NCBI RefSeq assembly: GCF_009914755.1
Contig: NC_060947.1
Length of the DNA stretch: 64,000 nucleotides
Origin: the human T2T-CHM13v2.0 reference genome, Homo sapiens
Direction: 5' to 3' (one strand)
This document shows, in pieces, positions 18,700 to 34,039 of the stretch. A program made the position numbers and the translations under genes. Every line of letters begins with the position of its first letter. Within the stretch, counting starts at the first letter, position 1. The notes under the pieces were generated by a model. That model was given only the letters and a program-made list of their open reading frames with translations, searched no databases and was not told the DNA's origin.

Positions 18700-19160
18700 A
18701 TCCTCTCATAAAATGAATTGGGATGTGTTCCCTCTTCTATTTTCTGAAAGAATTTGTATAAGATTGGTATTATTTCTTCCATAAATGCTTGATATAATTC
18801 ACCAGTAAAGCCATATGGGTGTGTGGAAAGGTTTTTCATTATAAACTCAATTTCTTTAATATAGGTCTGTTCAAGCTTTCCATCTCAGGTCAGTTTTGAT
18901 AATTTATGTCTTTCAAGGAATTTGTCCATTTCACCTGGGTTGCCAGATTTATTTTTCTTTTTTTGAGTTGTTTTTCACGGCAAGATCTCATCATGATGTT
19001 GTCAAACTTATTGGCACAAAAATTGTTCATAGTATTCCCTTATTATCCTTTTAATATCTGAAGGGTCTGTAGTAAAGTCCCTTCTTTTATTCCTAATACA
19101 GGTAATTTGTTTCTTTCCTCCCTTTTTCTCAACTGACCTAGCTAGAGTTTATCAGTTTCA
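18700..19160 (-). mobile_element. Old L1M ORF2 fragment
   Basis: ORF 18639..18839 has [36 protein letters not shown], typical of L1 ORF2p. Confidence 0.85.
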
Positions 19161-19387
19161 GAGGCATTCTCTAGATCCTAAGGATGTTGTTGAGTTTTAT
19201 TGTCAGGCAAAATCTCTCTTCTCTAGACTCACTGAAAGGGTTTCCTTTAGTCCTCATTCAGAAAGAGAGCTGAAACAAGTTCCACAGCTGTTACCTGCCT
19301 TTGAGGAGGCTTAATTTTCAGACAATATTACCACAATGGGAGAGGGAGGGAGCCATCCATAAATATTTGTAAAGATATCTGGCATTT

Positions 19388-19391
19388 GTTT

Positions 19392-19444
<53 letters not shown>

Positions 19445-19643
19445 GAGACCGGGTCTTGCTCTGTGGCCCAGACTGGAGTACAGAGACACAATCAAGGCTC
19501 ACTGCGGCCTCAAACTCCTAGGCTCAAGCTCCCCACCTCAGACTCCTCCAAGAGTAACTAGGACCACAGGCATGTACCACCATGCCCAGCTAATTTTTTT
19601 GCTTTTTGTAGAGGCAGGGTCTTGCTATGTTGCCCAGGCTGGT
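19388..19643 (-). mobile_element. AluJ partial with (TTTA)n tail microsatellite
   Basis: (TTTA) run ~19390-19443, then AGAGACCGGGTCTTGCTCTG..TATGTTGCCCAGGCTGGT. Confidence 0.88.
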
Positions 19644-19729
19644 ATTTAGTATTTTAAATAACTAGAAGCTCTGGCCCAACCTTGCTGTCTAGCACGATGA
19701 CCCTCAGTAATAAGGATACTTAGGTTCTT

Positions 19730-20500
19730 TAAAACTTTTTATTTTGGAATAATTATAGATTCACATAAGTTGCAAAGATTAAGTACAGAGAGGTCTCATG
19801 TAGCCTTCACCCAGTTTCCCCCAATGGTTACATCTTACATAACTATGGTACAATATCAAAACCAAGAAACTAGCATTATATGTATTATGTGTGTGCATAG
19901 TTCCCTATCATTTAATCAAATGTGTAGATTTGCATAACTACCACCACAATCAAAATACACAACTGTTCCATCACCCTGAAGATGTCCCTCATGCTACCCC
20001 TTTATAAGCACCCCCACCCCAATGCCCCCACCATCCCTATTCACTGGCAACCACTAATTTGTTTCCCATTTTATAATTTTGTCATTTCTACAATGTTATA
20101 TAAATGAAATCACAGAGTATACAACCTTTTGAGATTGGATTTTTTTCACTCGGCATAATGCCTTTGAGATTCATAAAGGTTGTTGGGTGTATCAATAGGT
20201 TGTTCTGTTTTATTGTTGAGTAATACTCTACAACATGGATATACCATAGTTTGTTTAACCATTCACCTATTACAGAACATTTTGGTTGTTTCCAGTGTTT
20301 GTCTATTACAACTTGGTATGAACGATCATGTGTAGGTTTTTACGTGAACATAAGTTTTCACTCCTCTGGGATAAATCCTTAGGAGTGAAACTGTGGGTCA
20401 TATGGCAATTTCAACTTTAGTTTTATTAGAAACTGCCAACTTGTTTTCCAGAGTGGCTGTACCATTTTACCTTCCCACTGGCAATGTATGGGAGTTCCAG
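19730..20500 (-). mobile_element. L1MB/MC 3' end
   Basis: TTTTATTTTGGAATAATTATAGATTCACA..AGAAACTGCCAA..GTGGCTGTACCATTTTAC. Confidence 0.8.
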
Positions 20501-20667
20501 ATTTTAAAACAGAAATGAATCATTGATGAGAAGTCAACTATAGTCTCTGAGTGGGTGCAGAACAAAGTAATAAGCAATCTGGGAGAAGAAAAATAACTAG
20601 AAAATTATGCAGGTAAATTAACACAGAGATTCACATGATTTCAGAAATACTGGCAAAAACATCTTAC

Positions 20668-20745
20668 CTTCTTTAAGCTGTATCCAGCATGAAAAATAAT
20701 TGGAGGCAGAAGAATGTTGAAAAATACTTCTGGATCGAATGTTAC
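20668..20745 (-). CDS. SLC9A7: SLC9A7 exon 3, 78 bp
   Basis: ACTTTCAG| and |GTAAGA; translates [26 protein letters not shown] (NHE signature LLPPIIF.AGY). Confidence 0.97.
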
Positions 20746-21058
20746 CTGAAAGTTTAAAAAGAAAAAAAAGCCAATTTTTTATTTAACTCCAATTCATGCT
20801 ATAATATCTGCTTAATATTTGAAGCCATTGACTAAAGTTTGAATATTTAGAGCAAACAACATAAATGTGAAAAATCATGGACTTATCCCAGAGGAGAAGC
20901 TATGACTCCCCATGGACTGGCATGCTCTTCTCCCCATAACACTTTTGCTCTTATGATCTTGCTTGTGCTGTTTTAAAACATAATAAGACACAACAGTTTC
21001 ATGCAATTTTGAGAACTCACAGAAAGCTTCTGGCCAGTGTTTTTCATAAAAACATCTT

Positions 21059-21376
<318 letters not shown>

Positions 21377-23275
21377 TTATAAAGACTCAACTGCAGTAAA
21401 AGATGCCGTCGTGATTCTTTATTAACTTCCTGGATCCCCTCACAGAATCCTTTATAGACAAAATTGTGCTGAATTTAAGTCTCTTTTGAGTGACCAGCCT
21501 TCTGTGACACTTGATGTAGCCTAAATCAAAGTCACCAGTGATGTTAGTGGCTCCTGAACATCAGCATAAATTGGGCAACTTTAAAGGAACTGAAATTTCT
21601 TGTAGGTTTGATACAGGGAAATTAATCAAATTACTCTGAAACTTTTAGAGAACAAAGTTTTATCATATCCAGAAAAAAATTAAGCATGCTATAAACATGC
21701 TAATCTTTTTAAAGAATTTGTTCACGCTGGTAGATTATTTGGCTTGTGTTTCAATTATTTTTAAACCTTCATTCTAGTTATTAAATGTTAACTTATTTGT
21801 TTAGAAACTGGAGGTGTTAATCAGCCTAATAAAAGTAGGTTCTTTCAAATGATGCTTTATTCTCTCTTCTTGTTAAAGATAAGAGTGTTCTGCAAAGCAG
21901 GGAATGTCAGAATGAGAAGGAGCCTTGGACAGTACCTACCCAATATGAGGACACTGGGCCCAAAGGCAGTGAAAATTGCTGGATGCCACCAAACCCAATA
22001 ATGTACAAACTAGCACAAGGGTTTTCTGACACTCAGTCCAATGCTCTTCTTATCAACCAAGCTATGTCAACATGTCTCTTTTCCCTCAACTAGCAACAAT
22101 CATCCTGGCCTTGTTTGTTCTCCCACCTTTGCTTTGTGCAGCAAAATTTTAAACAGAGGGGATTTAAATAAACAGGTTTCTAAAGATAAGAGAGCAAAAG
22201 TCAGCTTCATCTTCTATTATGACCTGAAAGATGGAAATGTGTTGGTATCATTTCCCTTTTCCCCCATCTTATCCAATATGAAGGGCTCAAGCTGCCATTT
22301 CCAAACAGCCATTAAGTGTGGTATTTACATTGGATTTCATTCTCAGTTGCGCTGAATTTCAGAATGTTTATGAAAACCCCATGCTTTCTTATGAAGAGTT
22401 GAGAGCAAAGAGTGCTGCCATTAGGGACACAGAAAAGATGGTCATGTTTAATGCTCCAGGTAGAGAATAATTTTCCTTAAGGATTAGGGTAGATTCCAAA
22501 AACAACAATAATTTAATTTCTGGAGCACAGGCTACACTCTGCCTTTCACTGTCAGCCTTCACATACCTTAGCCTTGTGCTGTATTAAAATGGGCTCCCCA
22601 CAACCTGGATCTCCCAAGACCGCTATACAGAAGGCTTCCTTCTGATAAACCCTGGTCTATAAGGTAATGGAGTATACATCAATTAATACAGATCTCTTGC
22701 TTATCCTGGAAATTACCCATGCAAGATGTATAATGCTTTTTCATGTGGACTATGTTGCTACCCCAACATTAAATGAAAATGCTTGGACTCAAATTCTAAG
22801 ACAACAAGATCTTCTTCTTCCCCTGAAGATTCATTAAGCCTCTGGCATCAATCACTGATAAGAGTAAGCACTCAAATATTTGTAGGATATAGCAAAAGAA
22901 CCACGAAGAACTAAGAATTACCCTTCTGAATACTGAATAAATTAAGCTAAAAGTGAAATCAATCTTATTTTAAGAAAGTAGCAATATCATCCCTAAACCA
23001 CAGGAAGGATAAGAGACATAGCAAAGAGGAGATGGTGGCTGGATAAATGAGCTGAGTGGGGACGTACAAATCCATTGCACAATCAGTGGCCCATTTCAGC
23101 TACAGATGCTAACAGACCCACAAAGGTCACCAGCTGAAAGGCTCAAGTTGAAGATCTGGTTCTTCCTTCTCCTCATCATGGACCAAAAAGCTTTGTAACA
23201 AAACAGAGAGCCAGGAATGTTACGGATAATCCAGGAGTTTGGAAGGATTTCTCTCCACAAGGTCAAGACAAGTCA

Positions 23276-24108
<833 letters not shown>

Positions 24109-25029
24109 TGACCACTTTTAACACCTGAGCATGTCTCATTTCTCAGGCTTCTAGTGGAGGAAGATGGGATGACAAGCAGCAAAGATTTTTCTGGCCAGGA
24201 CAGCACAAAGCAGAACTGCTGAGCTCTTTCATTTCACTCAGCAGCATCCCTCAAGCCAGTCCTGTTGCCATGTGCCAGCAAGGACCAGCCCACTGGAATT
24301 TCCAGTTGCTATAAATGTAACTTGCTTTGCCACACATCAGAGGAAAGGGGAGAAAAAAGAAATTCTTTTGCTTAGGTCATTTGAAACACTGGTATCATGG
24401 AGAAGGTAATTACACCCCTTGGGAAGTGAAACACTGCAGTGTACATTTGAGGAGTCAGGATTCAGGGGCTGGAGAGCTGGCTTCTTGGGGCTGTAGCTAT
24501 GAGATGGCTAAGATCATCAGCTACAAGTATGTAAGTCTCATACCCTTCTTAGTAGGGCTCTCCCATTAGGAAAAATAAAAACAGCAAGATCATGTATAAG
24601 CATTCAATTCTGTGAATAAGGAAGGAGTGTGGCTCCCTGGACCTGAACACGAGTCAGACATGCCCAAGTAAAAGTGAGTGAAAGATTAAAAAACAAAAAC
24701 AAAAAACCAGCCATAAATCACTATCAGACACTTTCTATAATTCTCTAGAAGGAAAATTTCAGACTTCTCTCTAAATTCAGTTCTTTGCTGGCAATATTAA
24801 AAGACAGAATGATATATTTGCTTCCTCATCTCATTTTGCCATTAATGGAGAAAGTTGCTGAGAAAAAGAACGATGTTTACTGTCTTCCATGTGTAATGTT
24901 CTATAATGTCTCTTATCACCAAGATATATAAGAACTCACAAGACATTGTTGAATAGCAAATAAAATATAAAATCTAGAAAAATATAGTTCTTTGAGCCAA
25001 AATCTGCATCTGTGTTGTGTTATTATAAT

Positions 25030-26690
<1,661 letters not shown>

Positions 26691-27399
26691 GTGATGCTTT
26701 TTAGTCTTATTTCACTCCCTGGTTAGACAGTTATTTTCTGACGAAGTTTTACATGGCAAAGACGACTCTAGCCCTTCAACACTCATCATAATACAGGATG
26801 ATCTGCAGCATCTGGAGGCAGCTATTTGGAACATGATTTAACTTAAATTGTCATCAGGAAGCCAAAACAAGTCATTTACAGACTATCTTTCTCCTAAAAA
26901 TCAGAACCTGCTTCATGTAACTCATTGTTTCTTGACTTTTCTAACCTCATTATTAGCAGAGCTAATGGAAAGACTGAAGCATACTAGCAAAGGTCCTCAT
27001 GAATACTACTCTAACAAGAGAGGGTTTATATTTGTAGACAAATTCCTCAATTAGAGGAAACATTCTTCAACTCTCTTCCAGTAATCATCACTATCATATT
27101 TACAATCATCACCAGATGACGAATATTGCTTTTTAAAGTTGTAAAACCTTTTCTTCTCTACCCTGGGCCCAATGCGCTCATATTAAAGATGGAAGGGAGA
27201 CAGCGAAGGTGGTGATGCTGCCCCCTTGTGGTTAAAATATGGCAACACAAAACACCACAGCAGAGATGTAAGGTTAACACCATCCTGACAGTTTTGACCA
27301 AAAATATACCAAGCCACAGGGTACACCACTAACTCAAGGTAGAGTTTGGGTACCTCCCCAGACATTTTAGATTCATATTTATTACCACTATATTCCATG

Positions 27400-28520
27400 G
27401 CATGATATTAAGTTCATATTTGGCGTTTTCCAGTTGAAGAAAGAATAGGATATTAGAACTGCAGGAAGGTAATTAGGTGAGAAAATGATAAAGACTTGGA
27501 GAAAACATGAACAGCATATTTTCATCTGCTGGATCTCGGAGACATCCTGACAGGGAACTGTGAAGTGGTCATAGCTACAAGGAATTAAAACATGCACTAG
27601 ATTTTTTTTTGAAAGCTTCAGAAAGTTCAGTATTCATAAAAAATGATGGAGAGCAACAGAAGCACTAATGATTTGACCAGATTAACAGCCTAGTGTTCTA
27701 GATCACAAAGAGAAATAACCTACTGTGTGTTTGGGCCAGGGAAAATAGCACATAAAATGTCAGCTGATAAAGAGACAATCACTGATTTCGTAGGTACATT
27801 ACTAATGAAAGAATTGTTTTGAACTTTTACAGAAAGCAAATATGGATGAAATTCCTTTGACATTTGATGTGGCTTAAAACAAGATGGTAAACTCCAAAGG
27901 GGCAAAAATTCGAGACTGTTTCAACTTGTGGATAGGAAAAAAACTCACTTCACAACTGTACTTGCATATATATAGTTTATGTATGTGCTTATCCAAAACT
28001 TGGTAGTATGATGAAGGAATATAATCATGAGAGCAACGTGTGGTTTAAAAATCCCACGGGTTCATTAAAGAAACCAGCTCCCATTGGTCTGGTGCCAGTT
28101 TTCCTTTTGTGGCTGAGGCTGTTGGGAGGAGAGCTGAACAAGTGGACATGGTGAGGTTTAATTCTAGACAGCCATCCATCAGCTACAATATTTAAATGTC
28201 TATGTTAATAAGCCTTTGTTACGGAGGAGAACAGGTACGTGGGTGCACTGTTCTTTAGTGAGACCTCATTTTTTCTTATGTAAGGTACTGAGGGTAGGTG
28301 ATCACCTGATCAGTGTGGCCACCACTGTGGAGTTTTTTACAGCACAGTAGGGGTTGTTATGAGTTTTAAAGCTTCATCTGAAATTCCAAGAAAAGAAAGT
28401 ATCTCATTTTGCATCCAGTTACACAGTGTTTGAAGATGGTGATAACTATTTCTAATTCAATGAATAAAGAGAATCCAATGGATTCCAGCAGTTGACAATG
28501 ACTTTTCAGGTTTGGGGGTA
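27400..28520 (+). mobile_element. Decayed pogo/Tc2-type (POGK-related, Kanga-like) DNA transposase fossil
   Basis: Ordered motifs across stops and frameshifts: EKMIKTWRKHE (27479), KASE (~27612), ANMDEIPLTFDV.NKMVNSKGAK (27836), KTHFTTVLA (~27940), NVWFKNPTGSLKKP..LVWCQF (~28035-28100), QLQYLNVYVNKPL (28180), DFSGL (~28500). Confidence 0.8.
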
Positions 28521-29306
28521 ATTTACATGACTTGGATTTTGAGAGTGAATATTACAGCCCTTTCAATACCTTGTTCTACTTGTTCTGCTACTTATGCAGC
28601 TGTGTTATTCGTTGATATATTAGTTTCAAGGAGAATTCATTCAAAATATTTTTGTTCCTTGTTTTGAATATGTGGTGAAACTAAAAAGCAATTTTATTAA
28701 GGTACAATTTACATACCATAAGATTCACCCATTTTAGAGTATACTATTCAATGATTTTTAGTATATTCACAGAGTTGCACAATCATCACTGCAATCTGAT
28801 TTTGAAACATTTCCATCTGCAGTCACTTCCTGCTTCCTACTCCAATTCCCAGGCAACTACTAATCTACCTTCTGTACTATAGATTTGCCGTTTCTGGACT
28901 TTTAATATAAATGGTGTCATACAATATGTAGCCTCTTGTGTCTGGCTTCTTTCACTTAGTATGTTTTCAAGGTTTATCTATGTTGGAGGCATGTATCAGT
29001 ACTTCATTCCTTTTTATTGCCAAATAGTATTCCACTGTACCAGTGTATCATATTTTATTTGTCCATTAACTAATCAATAAATATTTGAGTTGTTTCCCTT
29101 TTTTGTTAATGTGAATAACGCTGCTATGAACATTTGCATACAAGTCTGTGGACATGTTTTCATTTCCCTAGAGTAGATACCTAGGAGTGGAACTGCTGTG
29201 TCATATGATAAATCTATGTTTAATATTTTAGAAACTGCCAAACTACATTGGGAAAAATGTATTGTTTTACATTCTCGCCAGCAACACATGAGAGTTACAG
29301 TTTGTT

Positions 29307-29607
<301 letters not shown>

Positions 29608-30175
29608 GAGTTATAGTTTGTTTACAGGCACAGCAGCACTTGTTATTGTCTTATGATCATACCTGTTTTAGAGAATGTTCAGAGGTATCTCATTGTAGTT
29701 TTAATGTGCATTTCCCTAATGCCTAAAGATGCTGAGCATCTTTTTATGTGCTTATAGGCCATTGTATATCTTCTTTGGTGAAATGTCTCGTCATTCAAAT
29801 CTCTTGCCATATTTTAACTCAGGTTCTCTTATTGAATGGTAAAAAAAAAACCCAAACTTTTTGTTTTCTGGATAGAAGTCCCTTATTGAAAATACAATTT
29901 GAAAATATTTTCCCCAAATCTATGACCTATATTTTTCCTTTCTTTTTTAAAATTTCTCTGATGTTGTCTTAAAATTTTTTTTTTGCTTTATTGTTATACA
30001 ATGAATTATTTTTTCTTTTGGTGTACAGTTCTATGAATTTTAACACACATATAGATTCATGTAAGCACCACTGCAACAAGGATACCAAATAGTTCTACCA
30101 CTCCCCCAAAACTCTCTTGTACTATCTCTTCACACTGATACCTTCATCCTACATATTAACCCCAGCAACCACTGC

Positions 30176-30207
<32 letters not shown>

Positions 30208-30589
30208 CCATTAATACAGTTTTGTCTTTGCAAGGTTAAATACATGGAACCATGCAGTATGTAACCTTTTGAGACTGGCTTCTCTCACTCAGCGTAACAC
30301 CTTTGAGGTTCATCCAAGTATTGTGTGAATTAACACTTCATCTCATTTTACTGCTAAGTTGTATTCCATTGTATAAACACTCACCTACTGAGGGATATCT
30401 GGCTTCTTTCCAGCTTTTGGCTGGCACAAATAAAGCTGCCATGAACACCCATGAACAAGTTTTTATATGAACATGTTTTCATTTCTCTAAGGTAAATACC
30501 CAGAGTGGGACTGCTCGGTCATATGTGCAGCATATCTTTAACTTTATGAGAAACTGCAAGCCATTTCTCAAAGTAATTATGCCTTTTTT

Positions 30590-31155
30590 TTTTTCAGTTC
30601 TTTTTTTTTTTGTTTAAGTTCTGGGATACATGTGCAGAACGTGCAGGTTTGTTACATAGGTATACATGTGCCATGGTGGCTTGCTGCACCTATCAACACA
30701 TCATCTAGGTGTTAAGCCCCGCATGCATTAGATATTTGTCTTAATGCTCTCCCTCCCCTTTCCCCCTACCCCCTGACAGGCCCTGGTGTGTGATGTTCCC
30801 CTCCTTCTGTCCATGTGTTCTCATTGTTCAACTCCCACTTACGAATGAGAACATGCGGTATTTGGTTTTCTGTTCCTGTGTTAGTCTGCTGAGAATGATG
30901 GCTTCCAGCTTCATCCATGTCCTTGCAAAGGACATGAACTCATTCTTTTTTATAGCTGCATAGTATTCCATTGTATATATGTGCCACATTTTCTTTATCC
31001 ATTCTATCAAAGAAATACCATTTGACCCAGCAATCCCATTACTGGGTATATACCCAAAGGATTATAAATCATTCTACCATAAGGACACATGCACACGTAT
31101 GTTTACTGCAGCACTATTTACAATAGCAAAGACTTGGAACCAACCCAAATGCCCA
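30590..31155 (-). mobile_element. 5'-inverted (twin-primed) L1PA7/8-like element
   Basis: Antisense L1 3' end at 30590-31009 abuts a sense-oriented ORF2 piece at 31010-31155 (GAAATACCATTTGACCC..AAATGCCCA). Confidence 0.88.
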
Positions 31156-34039
31156 ACTATACCATTTTTTAACCACTGTCCCCTACAGCATCATATGAGG
31201 GTTCTAGTTGCTCCACATCCTCATCCACATTTGGTATTGCCAATATCTCTCATTTTAGCCATTCTATTGTAATAGGTGTGTAGTGGTATTTCACCATACT
31301 TTAAATTTGCATTTCCCTAATGGCTAATGATGTTGAATATCTTTTTGTGTACTTATTGGCAATCCTAATACCCTCTTCAGAGAAATGTTTCTTCAAGTTA
31401 TTTGCCCATTTTAAAAACTGGGTTGTTTTCTTATGGGTTCCTTATATATTCTGGGTTCCCTTATACATTTTGGGTTCCTTATATATTCTAGATACAAGTC
31501 CTTTGTCAGATATATGATTTGCAAATATTTTCTACCAGACTGTAGCTTGTCTTTCCAGCCTCTTGACATTGTCTTTGGCAGAGCAAAATTTTTTTACTCT
31601 GATAGATTAAATCTAATTTATCCATTTTATTTTATTGCTTGTGGCTCTGGTATCATATCTAAAAAACACTTGTCTAACCCAAAGTTATGAATATTTCTTA
31701 TGTTTTTAAGTGTTTTATAGCCTTGATGCTTACATTTAGATCTCTGATACAATCTGAGTTAACTTAGTGTGTATGGTGTCAGGTTAAGGTCCAAATTCAT
31801 CCTTTTGCATACGGGTATCTAATTGCTCCAGCACCATTTGTTAAAAATACGGTCTTTTCTCCAGTGAATTCTCTTGGTACCTTTGCTGAAAATCAACTGA
31901 CCATAAACACAATGGTTTATTTCTGGAGCTGGTGGGAGAAATGGGAGCTGGTGGTCACTGCAGTCTATTCCACCTGCCTGTGATAAATCATCCAGAACAT
32001 GGATCTGGCAGGGATGGGAGCAATCTTAAATGCCATAGACACCTACTATTCTTACCAAGATTCAGTAGATTTTCTTTAATAAATGTTCCTCAATTTAATT
32101 GACCTTTCATCAATTTACAGAGACTAAATAGTTATTTTTGACAACTTTGTCCAATTTTATTGCTGTGTTTTGGGAAGAAGATTTATTGAGCTCTCACACA
32201 GTCATTCCAGAAGTCCTCCCATGAGCATGAATAACAGAATTCCTACATGCTTGTTATCTTGCCATGTTTTATAAATGTATAAGAAGCAAAAATTTACTGA
32301 AAATGTTTGCTTTTGTATATTGTAGCAAATTAATTCTAAGGCATTATTTGTTGCTATTTACCAACTTTTCCTGATATATTTATTTTGTCTGGTAGTAATG
32401 AGGAAGCATAATGGAGAAGAATTTGGTAGATTCAGTGACAGAAGACCTGGGTAGGTAACTTCACTTTCCACCTAGCTACAATCCAGCACAAAGTACCTCT
32501 CTGCTGCTCATTTCTAAAATTGGGCTGTTGTAAGAATGTAGTGAGAACATGCATATGTCAAAACCCTTTATAAACTGTCAAAAGCTGTACAAATGCTGCT
32601 TTTTATGAGCCCTTTAGAATTAGTTATTTTCCTTTGCATCATCTCTTGCTATAAAAATAGTGCATATTGGGGATGGAGGTTAGGAAGACAAGTGATATGT
32701 GGGCTGGAGCAAAATAGAAAAAATATCTCTAGAAAAGTAGCTACAGAACTCACTGTTTTTGAAGTTGTCCTGTCCAGCAAAGGCACAGGACACCATAACT
32801 TCCTTATTTGTCCCTCTAGCAGCTTCCCAGGTGCCTGTAAAATGAGCACTTCTACAGCAATTTTACAGTTATATAGGGTTTTCACCAGAGGAAAATTTCA
32901 AGGGTAGGCATAATTGTCCTTGTATAAATGCTGATTTATTTAGAAGACTCTCCCAGGGATTTAGCAAAACACATAATGATAGTAATAAAACAGTATCATC
33001 ATATAATGTATCATCATCAATCTTTGTGGCACTGTAGATTGGTAAACAGGCCAAAAAGTAAGCAACCTTACTCTATCAGTTTTCTTTTAATAAGAATTAA
33101 AAGACTGCAAGGAAGACAGGTTTCATGGAGCTAGCAACCTTACTATTAAAAATTCCCATTAAAATGGGAAATAAGTATCTGCCATATAATGGGCTAAACC
33201 TGAAGTGTGAGACACAAGCCACTGATTTTATTGCTCAATTTCTCTAATGCATTCAGGTCACTTAAAATCAGATGACCTGCATGGCACCATTAGGAAGATT
33301 TTTTTCAGAATTGCTTGAGATTCAGCATTGGCACTGAACCATCCGAATGAGATATGAAGCCCACCACAAACAGAACCACAGGTCCTGCCTGCTTGTCCAA
33401 GGAAAATCCCTCTGCTTGTGTTTCCTACATACCTAAGGCATGTCTACAGTTGCCCCACACTCATTTTATCCAGATCTCATGCCACTACAAAATGCCAATG
33501 TTGGAAGGGACAATACAAGTCCAATTATCCATCACATTTATAAAACACTCTGTTCAACAGCAGACAGGTCTTATACTGTGGTATTCAGAGTCATCTTGGG
33601 GAACCAATTAAAGTACAGGTGTCTAGAGTCTCTCCTGTAACTTCTCATCCTGTAGGTTTAGGGGGTGTTTGAGGTATTTTGATTTAAAGAAGTTCCATAT
33701 CTGATTTCAATGCATGCTCAGAAATGAGAACGAATGGTCTCTAAGCTTCTTACCATGATATTATACAGCTCTTGTTTAAATACAGACAGTGAGGGGGCTC
33801 ACCATCTTCCAGGTCTATCCTTTTTGCAGCAGGACAACACTGGCTCTCTAAACAGAGTCAAAGTTTGTCTCCCTGTAGCTTCTGCCCACTGGTCTCAGGC
33901 CCCTTTTATTATGACCACTGAGAAGCCATACTTCTCCAAGCTCTGGATTCCCACCTCACCAGAATTTTCTAAGTGCCAGTTGTATGAAAAAATCCAAATT
34001 GTACAAATACTCGTTCTGTGAAAAATGAATGACCAAAAT

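Noticed and set aside
26700-27200. Non-repeat-looking segment between the YBX1 copy and the transposase fossil as a hidden coding remnant
   Set aside because: No recognisable protein motif on either strand; it may be transposon subterminal sequence but cannot be supported by eye.
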